64,000 nucleotides of DNA, taken from an uncultured Chloroflexia bacterium. GTDB lineage: Bacteria; Chloroflexota; Anaerolineae; JAAYZQ01. The stretch lies in assembly GCA_963700285.1 (NCBI GenBank), contig CAVOXA010000010.1, positions 768,001 to 832,000 of the forward strand. Direction: 5' to 3'. Position 1 is the stretch's first letter, and each line of letters starts with the position of its first letter. Positions 30,875 to 40,728 of the stretch are shown here, piece by piece. The translations under genes were made by a program, and so were the position numbers. The notes under the pieces were generated by a model. The model was not told the DNA's origin, did no database searches, and saw only the letters and a list, made by a program, of their open reading frames with translations.

Positions 30875-32984
30875 ATGAAGGTGCCCAGTGTGAGAACAGC
30901 CCAACGGACGACCGCGATTGCCCTGCTAGCACTCTCGTTTTTTCTTCTCCTGGCACTACAGATGAGCTCAGTGCTGGCCCAAGAGTCTTCCGACGATGTT
31001 TGGGTCCTGACCGAAACCCTGGTCAATCCCGCAGGCGCAAAAACAGAGTTTATCGGCGGAGGAGCAGATCCAACCTGGTTTCCAGAGCCACGGTTTGAGG
31101 GAAAGCGCGACCGGTGGACCATTACCGAGTCGGCTTTCCGCATCGACACTCGGGATGTTGACCACGGGTATGAATACCACAATGTGAGTCTTCTGGCTGA
31201 CTTTGAGCCGCCGCCGGCCGTCCTCGTCCCCGGGGAGAAGGTCGAGTTGACCGTTACGGGTAGTTACAGCGGCACGGTAGCAGAAGGGCGAGCGGGGCCG
31301 GGCTACCAGTTCTGGTACACCGGCGAGGGCATAGCAGTGGTGCCAGATTCCGTACTCGGCTTTGCTCCGTGGAATATCTACTGGGATGGCAGGGAATCCG
31401 CCACCTACACCCTCGACGTCCCCCAGACCAGGAGCGGGGTAGAAATAAAAGTACACGCTGGCTTGTGGAATGCAGAGCCCGCTCAAGTCGTCTGGATATA
31501 CCAGGCCCAGCAAAGGCCTGAGGGTCAGGGGGCAGAAGAGGGCTCTGGTACGGGAACAGGCACAGAGACTGGAACGGGTACGGCGGACCGGCACCGGAAC
31601 CGGAACTGAAACCGGCACGGGCGCTGGTACTGGCACGGGAACAGGCACAGAGACTGGAACGGGTACAGGGACTGGGACCGGCGCCGGAGCCGGAACTGAA
31701 ACCGGCACGGGCGCTGGTACTGGCACGGACACGGGCACAGGGACCGGCACGGGTACAGGGACCGGTACTGGCACCATCCCGCCCACAACACCCGGCCAGT
31801 ATCCACCGGGCGTCCAGTACCCACCGGGCGCCGTCTGCGGCGTCTACACGGGTGCGACGGTGCCGGTACCCACTGGCGGGGGTACAGGCGGCGCAGACAG
31901 CGGCGCGGCCCCCTGGGATACGGCCCAGGGCCAGGGCTGCTTTGACCGCTGGATCGCCGAGACCGAAGCACGCCTCAACGGCTACGACGGCGACGACGAT
32001 TTCAACGCCCGCAAGCGCTGGACCGTCAACGAGTACGGTGTGTTTGAGGGCAACCCTACCCTTGGCCCCACTTCTCTCGCAGCGCCGGACAATTTCGGCC
32101 AGTTCAACAACAATCGTTACTGGTGGATGTGGGAGCACTACAAGGGCGACTCGGTCTGGGACTGGGGCTGGCCCAACTGGATCGGCGCCCAGGTACCGCC
32201 CCTGCGGCCCTACGTCACCCGCTGCCTGCAGGAGACCGGCGCCACGGCACTGCCCCTGACTGTCATCCCCGCCAGCGGCTTCTGGGTCCGGTCTACCGTC
32301 CCCGGCAACGACTTCACCCCGCCGCCCTTTGGCGCCTTCCCCGAACCCGCGCCCGTGGGCCAGATGGCCCTCCAGGCCGGCCAGCGTCTGGTGCCTCAAG
32401 GCGCGCTGGTCCAATTGCCCGTATACCTGATTAACGGCGCCAACGTGGCCAACGCCAATTTTAACGTCGTCTACGATGCCGGCGTCGCCCGTCCCGAGGG
32501 CGACCTTGTCAAAGGCGCGATCCTCGGCCAGGCCCTCTTTGAGTCCAATACCGCCGAGACCAACCGGATCCGCGCAGGCTTCTCGCAGCAGAACGGCATC
32601 TATGGCACCGGCGCGGTAACCTACATCCCCTTCCGCGCCGTCGGCCCGCCCGGCTCTCGAACCGACCTCTGCCTTGAGGTGACTACCATCAACGACCCCG
32701 GCGGCACCGTGCTGGCCATCGACCGCATCCACGGCTTTATCGAGATTGTCAACGCCGATGGCAGCGGTACCGGGGGTACCGGTCCCGGCAGCAACGGCAT
32801 CCTACCCGGCGATTGTGTTCAGGACGGCATCCTTGACGAGCGCGACGCCGCCTGCGCCCTCCAGATGTCGGTCGGCTTGCGGCCGGAACTGCCCTGGATG
32901 GACATGGATGGTAGCGGCGACGTCACTTCCCGCGATGCTACCATCATCCTGCAGCGGGCCAACGTCTCGCTGGCTGGCCAATAG
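30875..32984 (+). CDS. Secreted modular protein: unknown beta domain, Gly-Thr linker, Trp-rich domain, cohesin, dockerin (frameshift near 31584)
   Basis: Signal peptide ending VLA-Q. Cohesin-like [18 protein letters not shown]...[11 protein letters not shown] at about 32364-32750. Dockerin with duplicated Ca loops [14 protein letters not shown] / [13 protein letters not shown]. ORFs 30875..31609 and 31470..32984 join if one base is removed in the repeat. Confidence 0.8.
31541..31776 (+). repeat. Gly-Thr dipeptide repeat linker with an internal duplication of about 90 bp
   Basis: ccggaactgaaaccggcacgggcgctggtactggcacgg occurs at about 31600 and 31690. Translates (GT)n. Confidence 0.9.
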
Positions 32985-32995
32985 GAGGAGTACCC

Positions 32996-33733
32996 ATGAC
33001 CAGGTCCACGGCTCGCTTGCTGGTTCTCTCGCTGTTGCTGACAGCCGCCCTCGTTGCGGGGCCCGTTGCCTCCGCCCAATCTCTGACGGTCTCTGTCGAA
33101 CCGGCCCAGGCCCCATCCGGGCAGACTGTCGATATCCCCATCCTGGTGAAGGGCTCGCCTGGCTTCTCGGCCATGCACCTGGAGCTGACCTATGATCCCC
33201 AGGTGCTGGCCGTGGAGGCTGTGGAACCCGGCGATCTGGTGGCGGGTAACGCGCTGACAGCATTTAACACCAATGAGCCCGGGCGCGTGGTCATTAGCGT
33301 GGCCGCGGGCGCGCAGGTAGAGGGCGATGGCACCCTGGCTGTGGTGCACTTTCTGGTCGACGGTGAGCGGGGCCAGACCAGCCCCTTGGCTCTGGAGTAT
33401 CCCAAGGCATGGCAGGAATCGGGCTTTGACCTCGTCGTGGACCTCGAACCTGGCGAGTTTACCGTAGCGGCGGACAGCATGCCCCTGCTGCTGGCAGCCG
33501 TGGCCTGCCTGCTGATGCTGGTGCTCTTGCTGGTGGTGGTGCTTCTGATACGGCAACGTCGCCAGCGGAAAACCCAGCCACCACCGCAACCATACCCGGT
33601 CGCTCCCCGGCCGCAGCAGCCCCCAGCGCCGGTGGTGCCGGGCCAGAGACCCAAGTTCTGCGGCAACTGTGGCCAGGCCTTGGAGCCCAGCAAGCGCTTC
33701 TGCATTCACTGCGGCCATCCCGTCGGCGGCTAG
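32996..33733 (+). CDS. Membrane-anchored cohesin-domain protein with cytoplasmic Pro-rich linker and zinc ribbon
   Basis: Signal ASA-Q. Cohesin-like GQTVDIPI..LELTYDP.VL....GDGTLAVVHF. TM helix followed by RQRRQRK, then FCGNCG..FCIHCG. Confidence 0.85.
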   Translation: MTRSTARLLVLSLLLTAALVAGPVASAQSLTVSVEPAQAPSGQTVDIPILVKGSPGFSAMHLELTYDPQVLAVEAVEPGDLVAGNALTAFNTNEPGRVVISVAAGAQVEGDGTLAVVHFLVDGERGQTSPLALEYPKAWQESGFDLVVDLEPGEFTVAADSMPLLLAAVACLLMLVLLLVVVLLIRQRRQRKTQPPPQPYPVAPRPQQPPAPVVPGQRPKFCGNCGQALEPSKRFCIHCGHPVGG

Positions 33734-33752
33734 GTGAGACAGATGCAGCGCA

Positions 33753-34160
33753 ATGATCTGTGCCTATTGTAGCGCCGGACTGATACCGGGCGCCCGCTTC
33801 TGCGGCGACTGTGGGTAGCCCATCCTGGTTGCTTGACCCCTGACCGGGCCGCCAGCCGCGACCTGTACCCACTGTGGCGCGGTCCTGGCACCGGGGCCAG
33901 CTTCTGTGCCGACTGCGGACAGCCGCTGGCAGGTGCCCTCACCCCACCGCCCTTTGCGCCCGTGCCCGCAGCCGCCCATTCTCGAGAGTGTGCGCGCTGG
34001 CCGCTGGGTGGCCTTTGCCCATAGCTGAGACAGCAACGGAGATGTGCGCATGGACGGCCAGGATGCGGCCAACATCTCTGCCATACCGCTGCAGGGTGGT
34101 AAACCAGTCTCGCTGGTTTCCAGTCCTCATCGAGACACTGACCCAACCTGGACGCGCTAG
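33753..34160 (+). pseudogene. Decayed double zinc-ribbon gene with a possible PD40/TolB-like tail
   Basis: MICAYC..FCGDCG then a TAG stop at 33816. TCTHCG..(frameshift)..FCADCGQP follows. The 3' fragment ends LVSSPHRDTDPTWTR. Confidence 0.6.
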
Positions 34161-34185
34161 GGCCTGTTTTTGTCAACTGAAAAGA

Positions 34186-35108
34186 GGTTCTTCCGCAATT
34201 TTCGTGAAATTGCGGTCTGCAGTGTGCGAGTATAATAGGGACTTTACCAAACAGGAGGAACGTCCCCATGCTTGCCCAAGTGCTCTTGCCGTGCTCGACC
34301 AATCTGGAGCTTGACGAAGCAGTTGTTGAGGATGAAGTGATCACCGTAACGGTCAACTCGCAGCGGACAGACGCAGGCTGTCGGACATACCATCAATCGT
34401 CTGCGCGGGTACAGAGCCGCTATTGGCGAATAGTGGCCGATTTATCGTGTGCCGAACGCAGTGTTCGACTTCACTTGCGAGTCCGTCCCTTCTTCTGTGA
34501 CAATGCAGTGTGCAAACGCAAGACCTTTGCCGAAAGGTTTCCAGGAATCGTTGCACCCTATTCCCGGCGAACCAGTCGCCTGGCTGCCACACGGCGTCGG
34601 TATACGTGAAGAGAAAGAAGATGATTCACTGCTGACCAAGTTAGAACAAAGACAACAAGGATACTCGGGCTCGCGTCCATTGGTCAGCCGTTGGGCGGCG
34701 CAGATGCGCAAGCAGGAGCCCACGCTCTCAACAGATGCTCAAGTGCATGTCAAACCGAAAAGGCAGGTGAAACGAGCCTGGTCGGCACGGTACGCCGTTT
34801 GGTTGCTTTTCAGCCAGCTAGAAACATTGTCTGCGACCGCTATGCCAAGTCCATGGAACCTTGGTTGACCGCTGTGATTGAGTCCAAGATTCCAGAACTG
34901 AATGGCTTTGCCCGAAGCCTCAGTCGAGACAAAGATGCGGTTCTCGCTGCTTTGTCATTGCCTTGGAGCAACGGGCAGGTTGAAGGACAAGTCAACCGTC
35001 TGAAACTGATCAAACGTCAGATGTACGGGCGGGCCAAGTTCGATCTGCTCCGCTTGCGGGTCTTGGCCCACTCATGATCGTAGCTTTCACGGAAATTGCG
35101 GAAGAGCC
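34186..35108 (+). mobile_element. Internally deleted ISL3-family insertion sequence (923 bp) with intact terminal inverted repeats
   Basis: IRL ggttcttccgcaattttcgtgaaa against reverse-complemented IRR ggctcttccgcaatttccgtgaaa (22/24 match). Transposase pieces include the zinc-finger region RVQSRYWR...FFCDN..C.RKTFAE and the C-terminus WSNGQVEGQVNRLKLIKRQMYGRAKFDLLR. Confidence 0.92.
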
Positions 35109-35110
35109 CC

Positions 35111-35398
35111 CTTGGGCTTGGCACGCCATGTGGGCCGTACCTTTCTCCACCCCGATGGCACCGACCACGCTCTCTTGGCACGCCTCTATCCCTATGGTTC
35201 CCCCCTCTGGAAAGAACACTGCGACGCCCGCAAAAATGCTGTCGAGGACGAAACAGTCAGACCACCCGTTTGGGCCTCAAGCGCATCTGGTCCTATGGCC
35301 TGGCCGGGGCCACAGCCGACATTGCCTTTGCCGACTTGCTCATCAACTTGCGTACCCTTGGCCGACTGGTCCAGGAGGCTACTCTGCTCTGTGACTAA
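35111..35398 (+). mobile_element. Transposase C-terminal remnant, paralog of 6763-7863
   Basis: LARLYPYGSPLWK..ARKNAVE/RNSQ..LGLKRIWSYG..FAD...LRTLGRLVQEAT aligns with LVRDLPVGSTAWK..ARNASEARN..NLKRLPVYG..LAD...LTTLARLVREAT. Confidence 0.75.
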
Positions 35399-35825
35399 CC
35401 ATCCACCCACGGCAAATCCGTGGGCGGATGCCTAATCGCCTGCCCTATACCTGCCTGCTGCAAACACCCTCCCGCTGCGGGCCGTTGGCCCCTGCCTACC
35501 TGTCTCCCCCGCGCCCCACTGCCGTTCCCTTGACTCCCACCTCAGCCTCTCACAAGTGCCGCTGTCGACTTTTCGACCAAAACCAGACCCGACACCAAGC
35601 CACAGCAGCGAATTGTCGCTCCCTTGCCCAGCAATCGTTGCACCCCACAACCCTCGAGATTCGTCCAAAAACTCGCTTAACCCTCGCATCCCACTGCCCC
35701 TACACCTCATCTTCTACCAGACTACTACCAGTGCCCACAATTGCTGCGCTATGCCTCCAACTTTTTTCTTTCCCCTCTAGAACCTTTCACGCTATAATCC
35801 GTATAGACAGTGCATGGAGGACGAT

Positions 35826-36373
35826 GGATGGACCAAGAGCAGACCTGGATCGAAGGCGCGCTCAAGGGGGACACAGCGGCCTTTGGCCGGCTGGTAGAGG
35901 CCTATGAGCGGCCGGTTTACAATCTGACCTATCGCATGTTGGGCGATCCCGCCGAGGCGGAGGACGCCGCCCAGGAGACCTTTCTGCGGGCCTACACCAA
36001 GCTGGCCACCTACCAGCCCAGCCGCAAGTTCGTCAACTGGCTGTTGTCCATTGCCTCGCACCACTGCATCGACCGCCTGCGTAAGAGGGGGCGGGCGCCG
36101 CAGCTCTCGCTGGAGGGGCCACTGCCGCCCCAGTGGCTGACCAGCAGCGCGCCGCGGCCCGACGAGGTGGTGGACAGGAAGCAGAAGCGCGAGCGCGTGC
36201 GGGATTCGCTGGAGACGCTGCCACCCGACTATCGGGCGGCCATCGTGCTCCGCTACTGGTACAACTACTCCTACCAGGAGATCGCCGGCCTGATGGACAC
36301 CACCGAGAGCGCCATCAAGTCGCGCCTTCACCGGGCGCGGCGGATGCTGGCCGGGCAGCTGGAAGCCGCTTAG
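35826..36373 (+). CDS. ECF RNA polymerase sigma factor (SigW-like)
   Basis: AEDAAQETFLRAY, WLLSIASHHCIDRLRK and SYQEIA...IKSRLHRAR. Confidence 0.95.
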
Positions 36374-36387
36374 AGGAAGAATGATTG

Positions 36388-36463
36388 AACCACAGAGACA
36401 CGGAGAACACAGAGAAAGCTCAGAAGGTTTTGGGGTTCTCTGCGTCCTCTGCGTCTCCGCGGT
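36388..36463. repeat. Intergenic imperfect inverted repeat built from 9-bp units (cacagaga-type REP-like element)
   Basis: accacagagacacggagaacacagagaa ... ttctctgcgtcctctgcgtctccgcggt. Confidence 0.8.
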
Positions 36464-36499
36464 GAAAGTACAGGGACAGACCGGGCACGGGGGAGAGAC

Positions 36500-37090
36500 G
36501 TGATGGATGATGCGATGGAATGCAAGCAAGGCGAACAGATGACGATGCTTATGTCACTGTCCCTGGACGGCATGTTGGATCGGGATGGCCAGCACCGCTT
36601 GGAGCGGCATGTGGCTGCCTGCGCCTCATGTCGGTGGGAATGGCAGGCCATGCGCCAGGTATCGAACCTGTTCGAGGCGGAACCAATGGTTGGTCCACCT
36701 TTAGGCTTTGCTGTCCGCATCGAGCGGCGGTTGGAGGCGAAGGCTGTGCAGCGGAAGCGGACCTTTGGCGGTGCGGCGGTGGTGACAAGCTGGCTGTCGC
36801 TGGCGGGCATGACGGTCGGCGCCGTGGTGCTGGTCGTTCTCGGGGTCATGGGCTGGCAGTGGTTCGGCTCGCTGGGCTCAGTACAGACGGGGGCCAGCGC
36901 CCTGTCGCAGGTAGCCGGCAACGTGGGCCTGCTGGGTAGGGGAGCCAGTTTCTTCTTGGGCGAGGCGCTGCTGCGTTATGGCCTGCCCCTGGTGGCCCTG
37001 CTGGCCGTTGGCCTGACCGTACTGGCCGGTGCCTGGACCTGGATGGTGGTGAAACGGCCAGGTGGCTCGCGGCGTAATGGATTTGTGTAG
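36500..37090 (+). CDS. Zinc-binding anti-sigma factor (zf-HC2) with TM helices
   Basis: LERHVAACASC (HxxxCxxC), directly downstream of the ECF gene. Confidence 0.88.
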   Translation: MMDDAMECKQGEQMTMLMSLSLDGMLDRDGQHRLERHVAACASCRWEWQAMRQVSNLFEAEPMVGPPLGFAVRIERRLEAKAVQRKRTFGGAAVVTSWLSLAGMTVGAVVLVVLGVMGWQWFGSLGSVQTGASALSQVAGNVGLLGRGASFFLGEALLRYGLPLVALLAVGLTVLAGAWTWMVVKRPGGSRRNGFV

Positions 37091-37215
37091 CGGGGCTCGG
37101 TCAGGAGGCCTTCGCCCATCAAAGGTGGCGGGGCTCGGGCCTGACAGTTGGAGACCTTCGCATAGAGAGACCCAGCACCGACTGTTTACGGCGGTGCAAG
37201 ACAAGGAGGTTGGCT

Positions 37216-38505
37216 GTGAAAAAGCGAGTGTTGTCGCTGGGTTTGTTGGTGCTGCTTTTGCTGTTGCTTGCAACTTCGGCCCTGGCGGCGGGGCCCATCG
37301 TATTTGACGAAAACGGGCGGATCTTTGTAGACGAGGACCTGCGGCTGGCGGAAGGCGAGATCTTTTACGGTGACGTGGGCATTTTTGACGGCAACCTCAT
37401 CGTGCCCCAGGGCGCCGCTGTGAAGGGCGATGTGTTTGTCACCAACGGCGACGCCGAGATCGACGGGGCCACCAGCGGTGACTTGGCCGTCATCAACGGC
37501 GACGTGGATCTGGCTGAGACGGGTGTCGTGGAGGGCGATCTCTTTGTTATGAGCGGCCACGTGAAGGTGGCCGGCCGGGTGGGCGGCGACCTTTCGGTCA
37601 TGTTCGGCGAGATGATGCTGGAGGGCACGGCCGACGTCGAGGGCAGCGCCACGGTCTTCTCGGGCAGCTACGAGCGGGAGACGGGTGCCCTGGTGCGGGG
37701 CGAAGAGATCCCCAACGTGCCCCTGCCCAAGGTGCCGTTCATTCCCGAGGTACCGCAGGTACGCGAGATCCCCGAAGTCCCAGCCCTGCCCAAGCTGACG
37801 CCGCCCGCGCCGCCTGTACCGCCCCTGTTCCACCAGCCCACCCTGGGCCAGCGCATCGGCAACTTTTTCGGGCGGGCCATGGGCGCCAGTTTCATGAGCC
37901 TCATCTTTATCGCTGTGGGTATCCTCCTCGTCCTGATATGGCCGCGGACCACCCACCGGGTGGCGGATTGTATTGCCGCCCTGCCGTTGCAGAGCTTTGG
38001 CCTGGGTTTGTTGACCTTTCTGATGGCCTTTGTGCTCGAGGCACTGGCCGTGCTGCTGATGATCCTCATTATCCTGGTGGCCACGCTGATGATCGGCACC
38101 ATAATCCTCATCCCCATTGGCCTGCTCCTGATCTTGCTCTCGGTGCTGGTCCTGCTGCCGGTGCCCCTGGCTCTGGTTGCCGGGGTGGTCCTGGGCTGGG
38201 TCGGCCTGGCCGAGATGGTCGGGCGCCGGCTGCTCAGGGCGCTGAAGGTCGACGCCGTGAAACCGCTGGGCGCCGTGATCGCCGGCCTGGTGGTCACCGT
38301 GCCGCTGGCCGCCATCTTGTGGGTGATCCAGCCGGCATGTTGCGCCTGGCCCTTTATTATTCTGCTTACCAGCGTGGGCCTGGGGGCCGTGATCCATACC
38401 CGCTTTGGTACGCAGAGTTGCCAGAGTTCTGGCCCGCACGAGCAGTTTGAGGCACTGCCCATGGACGCCATGGATGACGAGATCGGCCGGCCTGACGGCC
38501 CTTAA
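37216..38505 (+). CDS. Bactofilin-like (polymer-forming cytoskeletal) beta-helix protein with multi-TM C-terminus
   Basis: Signal peptide, repeated V.GDV.V..G....G units, a Pro-rich linker and about 5 TM helices. Confidence 0.78.
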   Translation: MKKRVLSLGLLVLLLLLLATSALAAGPIVFDENGRIFVDEDLRLAEGEIFYGDVGIFDGNLIVPQGAAVKGDVFVTNGDAEIDGATSGDLAVINGDVDLAETGVVEGDLFVMSGHVKVAGRVGGDLSVMFGEMMLEGTADVEGSATVFSGSYERETGALVRGEEIPNVPLPKVPFIPEVPQVREIPEVPALPKLTPPAPPVPPLFHQPTLGQRIGNFFGRAMGASFMSLIFIAVGILLVLIWPRTTHRVADCIAALPLQSFGLGLLTFLMAFVLEALAVLLMILIILVATLMIGTIILIPIGLLLILLSVLVLLPVPLALVAGVVLGWVGLAEMVGRRLLRALKVDAVKPLGAVIAGLVVTVPLAAILWVIQPACCAWPFIILLTSVGLGAVIHTRFGTQSCQSSGPHEQFEALPMDAMDDEIGRPDGP

Positions 38506-38525
38506 AAAGTCAGCATAAACCATTG

Positions 38526-38561
38526 GGGCAAGGTATGCACCTACATGCCTTGCCCTTTTTT
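38526..38561 (+). terminator. Rho-independent terminator
   Basis: Stem gggcaaggtatg/catgccttgccc followed by a T-tract. Confidence 0.75.
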
Positions 38562-38772
38562 GTGTGTTGGGTCTGAGTATAACAGCGAATCCGGAGGCTT
38601 TGCCGAATCGACGCGCGGTAGATTCGGTAGATCCTTTTGGTTGTTGTCATATTGCCTCTAGCCCCGCTCTGGCTGGACACGGATAGTACCGACGAGACAG
38701 TAAGCACACCCAACTTCTCCCTGGCCCAGCGAGGATACGACAAGCTGCCCAAGTTGTGGTATAATATCCGAT

Positions 38773-39768
38773 ATGGACACGCCAACGCCAACTCAGCCTG
38801 CCTGGCCTGATGCCCGCATCCCCGATCCGCCGGGCCAGAGAGCCACGGATCGGGTGGTTCCCGGGCGTCTGGTCGGGCTGCAGGGCCGTTTGGCCCGCCC
38901 TTTCTGGGGCATGATGGGGATCTGGGCCGCCCTATGCGGCGCCGCCGCTTCAAACAAGCTCCATTGGGCCGCGAGTGACCTGCTGACCGTGGTTCTGGTC
39001 CTGCTCCTGGTTGATCTCGCCTGGGGCAGCTTGTGGGATCAGGTCGTGGGCATCGATTGGCGCCGCCTCCGGGCTGGCCGGCACCAGCCTGCCCAGCCAG
39101 TACTGTTTGCTGCCTATCCTGTACGGCGACTTGGCCTACCCTATACCCAGCCCAGATCGCCCGGGGGGCGGATCTTTGGCGGACTCGGCCGCTTTGGGCA
39201 CCGGTGGCGCAATAACTTTTGGCCTGAGGCCGGGCCGGCGGTCTTGGGTTCCCTAGCGGCGGTGGTCTTGGCGGCCGTGGTGTCCCTGCTGCTGCCCGAG
39301 CGGCTTCGCGTGCTCAGCGCCGCGTTGGTGGCGCTCGCGGGCCTGGGTGTCATCCAGCGCTGGCGGGGCCGGGCGCCGCTGGCCGCCCAGGCCACGGTCC
39401 TCGTGGGGCTAAGCTGGCTGGCCGGCAACGCGGCCTTTGCCGGGGTGAGCCGCCCGTCCCTAATCTTGGCCTTTGCTTTCACGCTGTCCGCCTGGGGGAT
39501 GCTGCGCGCCACTGAAGGGCAGCGCTACGGGCTATGGCTGCTCAACGGCGGGCTGGTCGTCGCCGTGGCCCTGGTGGCCGCGCAGAAGCAACCGCTGGCC
39601 GCGGGTGTGATGGGGCTCTTGTTTTTCGGCCAAATTGCACTGCAGCCAGCCCTGAGGCCCATCGGAGGGCCTGCCCTGCATCGAGACGCTGATCCGGGAC
39701 GCATCGTGCACCGGGCCTGGCCATGGCTGCTGGCAGCCATGGTCGTGGCGGCCTGGGCCATGCCATGA
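38773..39768 (+). CDS. Hypothetical multi-pass membrane protein
   Basis: Long hydrophobic ORF with an ATGA overlap with the next gene. Confidence 0.7.
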   Translation: MDTPTPTQPAWPDARIPDPPGQRATDRVVPGRLVGLQGRLARPFWGMMGIWAALCGAAASNKLHWAASDLLTVVLVLLLVDLAWGSLWDQVVGIDWRRLRAGRHQPAQPVLFAAYPVRRLGLPYTQPRSPGGRIFGGLGRFGHRWRNNFWPEAGPAVLGSLAAVVLAAVVSLLLPERLRVLSAALVALAGLGVIQRWRGRAPLAAQATVLVGLSWLAGNAAFAGVSRPSLILAFAFTLSAWGMLRATEGQRYGLWLLNGGLVVAVALVAAQKQPLAAGVMGLLFFGQIALQPALRPIGGPALHRDADPGRIVHRAWPWLLAAMVVAAWAMP

Positions 39769-40628
39769 CCTGGTTGTGGCTCCTGCTGGCGGCCCTGGGC
39801 CTGGCGGCGCTAGCGCTGCTGGCTTACTGGCAGTTGGTCATCGCCGAAGGAGCCTACGTCGGACCAAAGGTGGTGGCCAAATCCTACGACTGGTTCGCCC
39901 GCCGCTACGACGGCGTCAAGAGCTTTGATCCCTGGGCGGAGCGCTGGTTCGTCGCCGGACCGTTGATGCAGGGGCTGTGGCGGGCCAAGGAGCCGCTGCT
40001 CTTGGATGTGGCGACGGGCACCGGCCGGCTGCCGTTAGCGCTCTTCGGTGAGGGCTTTGCCGGGCAGATCATCGGTTTGGATCTGTCGCTGGGCATGCTG
40101 CGCCAGGCCCGAGACAAACTGGCGTCCAACAGCGACCACGTGCGCCTGGTCTGGCAGGATGCCAGCAGGCTGCCCTTTGACGACGGTGTTTTTGACGCCG
40201 TAACCTGTCTGGAGGCGCTAGAGTTTCTGCCCCGACCCCTGGAGGCCTTGGCCGAAATGGTGCGGGTACTGGCCCCGGATGGCATCCTGTTCCTTACCAA
40301 TCGCGTGGGGCGCGAGGCGCGCCTTTTGCCCGGCCGGGCCATCCCGCGCCCGCTTTTCGAGCAGATATTGGCAGAGTACCCGCTGCGCGATGTGCAGGTT
40401 CGGCGCTGGCAGGAGGACTATGACCTGGCCATGGCGCGCAAACTGGGGCAGTCCGATACGCCGGCTGCGGGATCTTTTGGTGACAGAGACCCGGACCTGG
40501 CGTCGCTGCTGCGTTGTCCGGAGTGCGGTGGGGAGTTGCAACGCGATGCTGGCAACTTGGGTTGCTCCGCCTGTGATCGGGTATATCCCATCCGGGAGGA
40601 AATTGTGCAGTTGGAGGGGGCTAGGTAG
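39765..40628 (+). CDS. UbiE/MenG-like SAM methyltransferase with N-terminal TM and C-terminal Trm112-like zinc domain
   Basis: LLDVATGTG, LPFDDGVFD and RVLAPDG. C-terminal LLRCPECGG..CSAC..YPI. Confidence 0.85.
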   Translation: MTWLWLLLAALGLAALALLAYWQLVIAEGAYVGPKVVAKSYDWFARRYDGVKSFDPWAERWFVAGPLMQGLWRAKEPLLLDVATGTGRLPLALFGEGFAGQIIGLDLSLGMLRQARDKLASNSDHVRLVWQDASRLPFDDGVFDAVTCLEALEFLPRPLEALAEMVRVLAPDGILFLTNRVGREARLLPGRAIPRPLFEQILAEYPLRDVQVRRWQEDYDLAMARKLGQSDTPAAGSFGDRDPDLASLLRCPECGGELQRDAGNLGCSACDRVYPIREEIVQLEGAR

Positions 40629-40728
40629 AAGAACAGACTGCTGGGGTTTTGAGACTTTTCCATCAGATAGCGCGGTACAAACCTCGGGGTTCCTCCGAGA
40701 CGAGTGAGGTCCAAAGGCAAAGACTGCC

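Noticed and set aside
31541-31776. CRISPR-like array
   Set aside because: It is a codon-periodic Gly-Thr repeat with no unique spacers and no cas genes. The same applies to the repeats at 3810 and 48587.
30875-33733. Cellulosome
   Set aside because: Each protein has only a single cohesin, and no glycoside hydrolase or CBM is recognised.
33816-33818. Pyrrolysine or other readthrough at the in-frame TAG
   Set aside because: Further stops and frameshifts follow, and no pyl genes are present. A CAG>TAG decay mutation is simpler.
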